Shown piece by piece: positions 56,896-64,000 of a DNA stretch of 64,000 nt (position 1 is its first letter; each line of letters begins with the position of its first letter). The stretch is from contig JANNXA010000009.1 in NCBI GenBank assembly GCA_031409275.1, forward strand, positions 96,001 to 160,000, written 5' to 3'. Origin of the DNA: Planctomycetota bacterium (GTDB lineage: Bacteria; Planctomycetota; B15-G4; SIAN01). Made by a program: the position numbers and the translations under genes. Below the pieces are notes generated by a model. The model had not been told where the DNA came from, ran no database searches, and was given only the letters and a program-made list of their open reading frames with translations.

Positions 56896-58774
56896 GCGCG
56901 CGAATCGTGCCCGCGCGCGCGCGCTGCTCCCAGTAGCGGTCGATGATCGACTGGCGCAGCGCGGCGCGATCGGCCTCCGAAAGCGTCGCCGAAAGGTCGT
57001 GCTGCTCGGCAGGGTCGACCGCCCGATCGTGCACCCAGAGCTCGTCGCGCTCGGGCCGAAACGTCACCTTGCGATCGCCCACCAGCAGCCCGAGCTTCAG
57101 GTCCTGGTAGACGTTGCTGAGCAGCAGCGACTCGTCCCGCCGATTGGCGAAGAGCGCGCGCGACTCGCGCAGCGGCCGTTCGTCGCCGAACAGCCAGAGC
57201 AGCGTGCCGGCGAGGTCGCGCAGCCCGAAGCGAACGTCGCAGCGACGCGCCTCCGGGAACATGCGACGGTTCACCAGCAAGCACGGAACTCGCAGCGAAT
57301 GGTCCCAAAGGAAGCTGCCGTGGAAGCGGTCGCCCCGCTCGCCGAGCGCTTCGCCGTGGTCGCCGACGATCAGGAGCAGCGTGTCGTCGAAGCGACCCTC
57401 CGCGTCCAGCCCGTCGATCAGTTCACCCAGCGCCCGATCGGCGCACCACACGCTGTTGTCGTAGCGCGCCGCGAGCGTCGCCTCGCCAAACGGCGTCTCG
57501 ACCGCGCGATAGGGATGGTGCGCTGCCGCGAACCAGAGCAGCGCCGTCGCATGGCGCCGCACCCCCGCGGGCAGCGTCGACTCTTCAGTGGCTCGCCACC
57601 GCAGGAAGTCGGCGACCAGCGCGCGATCGTCGTAGCTCTGCCGGGTCGGGCGCACGGCGGCACCGAGTTCCGCGGCGCCAACGCAGCGATCGAGCGGCCG
57701 GCCCGCCGCGCTCGCCACGAAGGCGTCGAAGGCGTCCGTCTCCTTCGCGAAGCTCGTCCCGAAGTAGAGCGCATCGCCGTTCTGCGCGCGTCGGCGCAAC
57801 AGCGAATCGGTCGCGGGCGCGAGCTCGCCCCAGGTCAGCGACGCGGACTGCGGATCGGGATCGATGCCGAGCAGCAACGACTCCATCGTCTTGCAGCTGC
57901 GCGGCTGCGTCGCCCACGCCTCCTCGAACACGAGCGCATGGTCGGCGAGCCGCGCCAGACGCGGCGTCGTGTCGCGCGCCGCACCATAGAGGCTCACGCG
58001 ATCGCGGCGAGTCGACTCCAGCACGACGATCACCAGGTCCAGACCGCGCGCCGCTCCTGCCAACGCGCCCCACTCCGTTGGGATCGGCAGTGCCGGCTCG
58101 CGCAACGCCGACGTGATGAGAGGAGTCGAATCGGACGGCGGCCAGCGCCGCCAGTCGAGGCCGCGCTCGCCGGCGCGCAGGTCGTTGGCCAGCAGCAACA
58201 GCGGTGACGGCACCGCCGGATCGAAGGCGCCAGGATGGGCCAGCGGCGCGAACGCTCCGATCGCGAGCGCGACGCATGTCGCGGCCAGCACGCCGATCGC
58301 GCGTCGCCGCGTCGCCGCGCTGCGCAATCGGCGCGTGGCACTCCATGCTCCAAGCAGCGCCGCGCCGAACAGCAGCGCCACCAGCGCCATCTTGCGATCG
58401 AGCACGAACTCGAACAGGTCGGCCGACACTCCCGCCATGCGGCCCGCGTCGAGGTGCGGCGGTTCGAGGTACCAGCCCCACTCCCAGAAGACATAGCCCG
58501 ACAGCAGGTAGAGCGCGGTGAGCAGCACCAGCAACGCGGTCAGCAGCGTCGATGCGGCGCGCGCCACGACTCGCGGCCCGATCGCGCGCAGGAGCAGGGC
58601 CAACGCGAGCAGCGCCAACGCCACCAGCGCATCACCGCCGGCACCGCACGCCACGTCGGCCGGCGCGAGCGTCCGCCCGAATCGCCACGCGCTAGTCGCC
58701 AGCGCGAAGCCCTTGGACGCCGCCATCACGGCGACCAGCGCCACCCACGCACCGAGCGCCCGCGTCGTCGTCAC
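56882..58774 (-). CDS. Membrane-bound LTA-synthase/sulfatase-like protein
   Basis: About five N-terminal TM segments; IVVLEST, TTPRL, HHPY, YDNSV...D, GDHGE and RVP; GTGA coupling. Confidence 0.8.
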   Translation of the reverse strand: MTTTRALGAWVALVAVMAASKGFALATSAWRFGRTLAPADVACGAGGDALVALALLALALLLRAIGPRVVARAASTLLTALLVLLTALYLLSGYVFWEWGWYLEPPHLDAGRMAGVSADLFEFVLDRKMALVALLFGAALLGAWSATRRLRSAATRRRAIGVLAATCVALAIGAFAPLAHPGAFDPAVPSPLLLLANDLRAGERGLDWRRWPPSDSTPLITSALREPALPIPTEWGALAGAARGLDLVIVVLESTRRDRVSLYGAARDTTPRLARLADHALVFEEAWATQPRSCKTMESLLLGIDPDPQSASLTWGELAPATDSLLRRRAQNGDALYFGTSFAKETDAFDAFVASAAGRPLDRCVGAAELGAAVRPTRQSYDDRALVADFLRWRATEESTLPAGVRRHATALLWFAAAHHPYRAVETPFGEATLAARYDNSVWCADRALGELIDGLDAEGRFDDTLLLIVGDHGEALGERGDRFHGSFLWDHSLRVPCLLVNRRMFPEARRCDVRFGLRDLAGTLLWLFGDERPLRESRALFANRRDESLLLSNVYQDLKLGLLVGDRKVTFRPERDELWVHDRAVDPAEQHDLSATLSEADRAALRQSIIDRYWEQRARAGTIRALSRP

Positions 58775-59847
58775 GCACTGGCACCCGCGCGCAGCAGCTC
58801 GGTTCCAAGCTGACCGCAGCCGGCGAATCGCTCGCGGCCGCCGCTCAAGCGCAGCTTCACCGGGAAGCCGAGCGGTCGCAGCTTCGCGGTCCAGGCGCGC
58901 ACCTCCTCCATGGTCGGCGCTTCGAACTCGTCGCCCACCGGATTGAACGGGATCACGTTCAGCAGGAAGCGAAAGCCCGCGCGCGCCGCGAGGTCGGCGA
59001 GCGCCGCGACGTCGTCCTCGCCCATCGTGAAGTTGCGGATCGCGACGTATTCGAGCGTGACGTGCTTGCCACGGCGCAGCCGCTCGTAGGCGCGCACCGC
59101 GCCGAGGAACGACTCGAATCCATGGTGCTCCTGGATCGGCATCAGGCGCAACCGCTTCGCAGGATCGGCGCAGCCGAGGCTGAAGACCAGTCGATAGGGC
59201 CGCGCCGCGTCGACGAAGCGGTGGATCGCGGGCACCATGCCCGCCGTCGAGATCGTGATGCGCCGCGCGCCGATCTGCAGTCCATGCGACTGCGTCATCA
59301 CCTGCGCCGCCTGGAAGACCGCGGCCTCGTTGGCGAGCGGCTCCCCCATGCCCATGAAGACGAGGTCGCTGGCGCGAACGCCCGCGAGCGCCGTGACCTG
59401 CGCGACCTGATCGACGATCTCCCACGCTTCGAGGTTGCGCTTCAGTCCCAACCGTCCGGTCGCGCAGAAGCGGCACGCGAGCGCGCAGCCCGCCTGGCTC
59501 GAGACGCACACCGTGTAGCGGCCGGAACCGGCGTGGTGCGGCAGCAGGACCGACTCGATCACGGCGCCATCGGCGAGGCGAAAGGCGTGGCGCACGCTGC
59601 CGTCGCCGGCAGGTTCGACGGCGAGGCGTTCGATTCGCGGGACGCGGACGATCTCGGCGAGTCGCGCGCGCCGTGCCGCCCCCAGCTCCGTCATCGCGTC
59701 GATCGACGCCGCGCCATCGAGGTAGAGCGCGCGCAACGTCGCCGCCGCAGCCGCCGCTGCGCCGACGCCACCCCACGCGCTCGCTAGTTGCGCGACGGTC
59801 AGCGATTGCAGGGCGGGAAGAGGCGCGGGAGCGGACGAGGGGCACAT
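58771..59847 (-). CDS. rlmN: RlmN-like radical SAM methyltransferase
   Basis: IESV, CVSSQAGCALACRFCATG, FMGMGEP, ITISTAG, NVIPFN and AGCGQL; the short, divergent N-terminus suggests a paralog. Confidence 0.75.
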   Translation of the reverse strand: MCPSSAPAPLPALQSLTVAQLASAWGGVGAAAAAAATLRALYLDGAASIDAMTELGAARRARLAEIVRVPRIERLAVEPAGDGSVRHAFRLADGAVIESVLLPHHAGSGRYTVCVSSQAGCALACRFCATGRLGLKRNLEAWEIVDQVAQVTALAGVRASDLVFMGMGEPLANEAAVFQAAQVMTQSHGLQIGARRITISTAGMVPAIHRFVDAARPYRLVFSLGCADPAKRLRLMPIQEHHGFESFLGAVRAYERLRRGKHVTLEYVAIRNFTMGEDDVAALADLAARAGFRFLLNVIPFNPVGDEFEAPTMEEVRAWTAKLRPLGFPVKLRLSGGRERFAGCGQLGTELLRAGASA

Positions 59848-59857
59848 GGCCCAGAGG

Positions 59858-61105
59858 CTACTTCCCGTCGGCCGCCTTGCGCGGGTCGGCCTGCTCGATC
59901 GCCTCGACCACCGGGTCGCGCCCCTCCTTCCAGTGCGCGAAGCGCAGCGGCGCGGCGAGGTCCGGCATCACCGAAGGGGAGTCGTCGGCCAGCAGTTCGA
60001 AGTGCTTGGTCGAGTAGGTCACTCGCAACTTGCTGCTCGGCAGCTCGAGCGAGAGGATCTCGCCGTAGCTGCGCGGCTTGCCGCCGGTCGGCTCGCCGAC
60101 CAGCACCGCCCCGAAGCCCTTCTTGAGTTCCACCGCGTTCATCATCGCGGAACTGAAGGTCTGCGGCCCGATCGCGACGAAGAGGTGGCCCTTGGCGCGC
60201 AACGCCTTCTTCTGGCCCAGCAGCTGGTAGAGCGGCTGGATCACCAGCGAGTTGCCACCGCCGTTGTGGCGCAGGTCGATCAGCAGGCGCGCCGGCATCT
60301 GCTTCGCCACCTGCGCTGCGATCTCCGCCACCACCGTCGCGAAGGGCCGCTGCGGATCCTCCGCGCAACGGTTGAACTGCAGGTAGAGCAGCTCCTGCGC
60401 AGCGTCGTAGCTCCACCAGTAGTTCTCGCCGCGCCGCTGCCGCCACAACGGCTCGACCTTCGACTCCGCGCCGAGCTTGCCCAGCGACAGACCGCCGTCG
60501 GGCCCGAGCTCGAGCGCCTTCACCTCGCCCGTCTCGGTGCGCACCGTGAAAGTCGCGTGGTCGAGGTCGTGGCCCATGCCGAGCGCATGCACGATCCAAG
60601 GCGTCTCGAGCAGCGGCGGCAGCGCCGCGATGACGCCCGCCTCGTTCTCGTGAGAGATCGTCTCCGCGACGCGCGCCCACGCCTCATCGATCGGCTTGCC
60701 GCCGACCGCCGTGACCTCGGCCCCCAGCGACCAGGCAAGCTCGCGCGGCGCCTGCACCACGCGCAACCCGTCGGCGAACGGGTGGAACTGCACCGGGAAG
60801 ACCTTCCGCGTCACCGGCCCATTGGCCCATTGCACGGCGGTGTGGCCATCGCCGACGCTCGCGACCAGCCGCATCAGCTCGACGACGATCTCATGGTCGG
60901 CCAACCCGTCGAGCTGCGGGTCGAGGTCGGCCACCCGCGCCTCCCACTCCTCACGCGGCTGCGTGAAGAAGAGGTTCAGGTGGCGCTTGGGCAGCTCGGC
61001 AGCGAGGAACGCGAGGTCGGCGCGCCAATCGATGGCCCGCTCGGTGGCAGGCTCGTTGGCGCAAGCGCCGATCACGGCAGTCAGCAGCATCGACATCGGC
61101 GGCAT
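59858..61105 (-). CDS. S41-peptidase-like lipoprotein
   Basis: Lipobox IGAC; GDGHT, IDLRHNGGGN, TFSSA, VGEPTGG and VMPD. Confidence 0.82.
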   Translation of the reverse strand: MPPMSMLLTAVIGACANEPATERAIDWRADLAFLAAELPKRHLNLFFTQPREEWEARVADLDPQLDGLADHEIVVELMRLVASVGDGHTAVQWANGPVTRKVFPVQFHPFADGLRVVQAPRELAWSLGAEVTAVGGKPIDEAWARVAETISHENEAGVIAALPPLLETPWIVHALGMGHDLDHATFTVRTETGEVKALELGPDGGLSLGKLGAESKVEPLWRQRRGENYWWSYDAAQELLYLQFNRCAEDPQRPFATVVAEIAAQVAKQMPARLLIDLRHNGGGNSLVIQPLYQLLGQKKALRAKGHLFVAIGPQTFSSAMMNAVELKKGFGAVLVGEPTGGKPRSYGEILSLELPSSKLRVTYSTKHFELLADDSPSVMPDLAAPLRFAHWKEGRDPVVEAIEQADPRKAADGK

Positions 61106-61158
61106 CTCCTGGCAGGCGATCCTCTACGACGCGCGCGGAGGTCCGTTCGTTGGAGAGT

Positions 61159-63717
61159 TCAGCGCGGCCGCCGTTTCGGCCCGCGCACCGCCTCCGCGTT
61201 CCACGGATCCTCGGGCCACGAGTGACGCGGGTAGCGGGCGCGCAACTCCCCGCGGATCTTCGGATAGGCGTTGTTCCAGAAGCTCTTCAGGTCCTGAGTG
61301 ACCTGCTGGGGACGGTGGTTGGGCGACAGCAGGTGGAGCACGACCGCGACGCGGCCGGCAGCGATGCGCGGCGTCTCGCTCCAACCGAACAGCTCCTGCA
61401 AGCGCGCCGCGAGGATCGGCGGCCCTTCGGCCGGATAGTCGAGTCGGATCGCGCTGCCGCTCGGCACCACGAGTCGCTCGGGCGCATGCTGCTCGACCGC
61501 GCGCGCGAGACGAGGTCCGAGCTTCGTGCGCAACCGTTCCAGCAACGGCAGTCGTTGCAGCTCGGCGAAGCTCTTCGCGCCGATGCAAAGCTCGGGCAAC
61601 CAGCCGCTCCAGAACGTGGCGTCGAACGCCGGCAGTTCGAGCTCCGGCATCCAGCCGGCCAGTCGGCGCACACGCAGCAACCACGCCGCGATCTCCTCGC
61701 GCGCCAGGCCAAGCGCGCGCTCGACGTCGCCGCTCGCCGCCTCCGCCAGCACGCTCGCCGTCGCCTCGACATCGCCGAGGCCCACCTGCTTCTCTTCGAC
61801 CACGAGGTCGCCGCAACGCGTCACGCGCCGCGCGACGACCGTCTCGCGCTCGCGGTCGAAACGGAGCTCGTCGGCGACGACGAGGCCCACCTCTTCGAGC
61901 CACTCGCGCTCGACGCCGCTGGCGCGCCGCACGCGCGCCTCGTCGCTCTTGCTGTCATCGAGGTCGATCGCGACGAAGAATTCGGCGCGCCGCAACGCGC
62001 TGCCCTCGCCGAGCCGCACCCCGCGCCCGCCCGCCATGAGCGCGCGCGGCGAACCCGCTTCGCGCCGCCGCGCCAGCCGATCGGCCCAGGCGACGAAGAG
62101 CGCGCGGCGCAGCGCCGAATCGGAGTCCGTCTCGACGGGGTGCCCTTGCGCGGCTCGGCGCGGCGACTCATCACCACTGCGCAGCGCGCGCAGCAGCTGC
62201 TCGGCACCGCGGCGCACGTAGTCGGCACGGCCACGGTCGAGATCGCCGCACTCGAAGCGAGTCGAGCCGCGCGCGAAGTGCTCCTCCAATGCGGCGACGC
62301 GATCGACGACGTCGGAGTCGCTCTCGTGCGGCGCCGGCAGTCGCTCGTCGCGGTGAAACGGCTCGCGTTCGGAGAGCAGCGCCGCCGCCAACGCCGCGCG
62401 CGGCGCGACGCCAAGCCGCTCGCCCTCGATCAGCAGGCGTGCGAGTCGCGGCGCCGCCGGCACTTGCGCCATTCGGCGACCGATCGAGGTGAGCGCGCCG
62501 CCTTTCGTGGCGCCAAGCCGCTCGAGCTGCGTGAGCGCATGGGCCAACGCGGCGGCAGGCGGCGCCTCGAAGAAGGGGAAGCGATCGAGGTCGTGCTCGC
62601 CGAAGGCCAGGAGCTGCAACGCCATGCCGGCCAGATCGACGCGCGCGATCTCCGGCGTCTCATGATCGGGCAGGCCGCGATGGTCGAGGGCGCTCCAGAG
62701 GCGCAGGCAGCGCCCCGGCGCCACGCGGCCGGCGCGCCCGCGTCGCTGCTCGGCGGAGGCTTGCGAGACGCGGCCGAGTTCGAGGCGATCAAGGCCGCTC
62801 GCCGGATCGAGTTGCACGCGACGCACGAGGCCGCTGTCGACCACGCCGGTCACGCGCGGCAGCGTGACCGAGGTCTCGGCCACGTTGGTGGCGAGGATCA
62901 CGCGGCGCTTCGCGCCCGGTCGCAACGCCGCATCCTGCCGCTCCGGCGCGAGTTCTCCGTGCAGCTCGATCGTCTCGATGCCGACGCCCGCGAGCTCCGC
63001 TTCGAGGCGCTGCGCGCAGCGGGCGATCTCGCCACGCCCCGGCAGGAAGACCAGCACGTCGCCGCCGCCGTCGTCGCTGCGCAATGCCGCGCGCACCGCC
63101 GCCGCGATCGACTCCTCCAACCGATCGTCGCGCTTGGTCGGCCGCCATTCGAGTTCGACCGGAAAGGCGCGACCCGCGACTTCGAGCGCCGGCGCATCGC
63201 CAAGGAAGCGCGCCAGCGGCGCGGCGTCGAGCGTCGCCGACATCACCAGCAGCTTCAGATCGGGACGTACGTCGCGCCGCACTTTCGCTGCCAGCGCGAA
63301 GGCGAGATCGGCATCGAGGCTGCGCTCGTGGAACTCGTCGAAGACGACGATGCCAACCGCTTCCAGGAACGGATCGTCCTGCAGCATCCGCAGCACGATC
63401 CCTTCGGTCACCACCAACAGTCGCGTGCGCGGCCCGGCACATCGATCGAGGCGAACGTGGTAACCCACCTCTTCGCCCAGTCGCGTGCCGCTCTCCTCGG
63501 CGATGCGGCGCGCCGCCGCGCGCGCCGCGAGACGCCGCGGCTCGAGCAGCAGCAACTGCCGCTCGCCGGCGAGTCCGGCGGCCAGCAGCGCCGGCGCCAC
63601 TCGCGTCGTCTTGCCGGCGCCGGTCTCCGCGCGCAACACGGCGACGCCGCGCGCGCGCAACGCTTCGACGATGCGGGGCAGTTCGGCGTCGATCGGGAGC
63701 GGAACGGGGAGTGCCAT
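61159..63717 (-). CDS. hrpB: ATP-dependent RNA helicase HrpB
   Basis: GAGKTT, EPRRLAARAAA, DEFHER, MSATLD, ATNVAETS, QRRGRAGR and C-terminal LQELFG...RYPRHSWPEDP. Confidence 0.96.
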   Translation of the reverse strand: MALPVPLPIDAELPRIVEALRARGVAVLRAETGAGKTTRVAPALLAAGLAGERQLLLLEPRRLAARAAARRIAEESGTRLGEEVGYHVRLDRCAGPRTRLLVVTEGIVLRMLQDDPFLEAVGIVVFDEFHERSLDADLAFALAAKVRRDVRPDLKLLVMSATLDAAPLARFLGDAPALEVAGRAFPVELEWRPTKRDDRLEESIAAAVRAALRSDDGGGDVLVFLPGRGEIARCAQRLEAELAGVGIETIELHGELAPERQDAALRPGAKRRVILATNVAETSVTLPRVTGVVDSGLVRRVQLDPASGLDRLELGRVSQASAEQRRGRAGRVAPGRCLRLWSALDHRGLPDHETPEIARVDLAGMALQLLAFGEHDLDRFPFFEAPPAAALAHALTQLERLGATKGGALTSIGRRMAQVPAAPRLARLLIEGERLGVAPRAALAAALLSEREPFHRDERLPAPHESDSDVVDRVAALEEHFARGSTRFECGDLDRGRADYVRRGAEQLLRALRSGDESPRRAAQGHPVETDSDSALRRALFVAWADRLARRREAGSPRALMAGGRGVRLGEGSALRRAEFFVAIDLDDSKSDEARVRRASGVEREWLEEVGLVVADELRFDRERETVVARRVTRCGDLVVEEKQVGLGDVEATASVLAEAASGDVERALGLAREEIAAWLLRVRRLAGWMPELELPAFDATFWSGWLPELCIGAKSFAELQRLPLLERLRTKLGPRLARAVEQHAPERLVVPSGSAIRLDYPAEGPPILAARLQELFGWSETPRIAAGRVAVVLHLLSPNHRPQQVTQDLKSFWNNAYPKIRGELRARYPRHSWPEDPWNAEAVRGPKRRPR

Positions 63718-63801
63718 CGAGCGCGCCACGTTAGGGCTCACGACCCCGTATGCTCCCGCACTTCGCGGTCCCAGAAGGGGCCGGACTCCACGGAGCTCAC
63801 G

Positions 63802-64000
63802 GTGTCACTCCTCGCGACGTTGCTTGCGGCGGCGATCGGCGCGCCGCAGGGCATTCCTGCCAAGATCCCAGCGGATGTCGGACCGGTGCAGAAGACCGCC
63901 AGCGGCCTGATCTACAGCGTGCTCAAGCCCGGCCAACCCGGCGACAGTCCGAAGTTCAGCGACCGGGTGACCTGTCATTACACCGGTTGGAACAGCGACG
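63802..64000 (+). CDS. FKBP-type peptidyl-prolyl isomerase (5' part, runs off the window)
   Basis: GGAG RBS and GTG start: MSLLATLL...KTASGLIYSVLKPG...PKFSDRVTCHYTGW; not in the ORF track. Confidence 0.8.
   Translation, partial: MSLLATLLAAAIGAPQGIPAKIPADVGPVQKTASGLIYSVLKPGQPGDSPKFSDRVTCHYTGWNSD

Overview
GC-rich bacterial window. The many secreted beta-propeller, sulfatase-like, DUF1080 and DUF2911 proteins suggest a Planctomycetota member, which is inference only. It holds about 45 CDSs, including housekeeping genes (leuS, glnA-type, rarA, hrpB, rlmN-like, ppgK-like, FKBP) and many accessory secreted proteins. I found no rRNA, tRNA, CRISPR, transposase or reverse transcriptase. Main findings: (1) Two exported thioredoxin-fold genes are split in the ORF track at an in-frame TGA sitting in a U-G-P-C motif and followed by a SECIS-like hairpin, so both are probable selenoproteins (21005-22117 +, 54161-54946 -). 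(2) A tandem array of five FG-GAP propeller paralogs (four intact, one decayed) lies at 37047-45218. Each is preceded by a similar ECF-sigma-type promoter, and two share a recently homogenised 309-nt 3' end. (3) A gapless 121-aa C-terminal domain is shared by two unrelated secreted proteins and may be a sorting signal. (4) A Cys/His-TusA, DsrE, TusA-OsmC and MetE-core sulfur-relay cluster is present. (5) There is a REP-like repeat family and a candidate structured sRNA.
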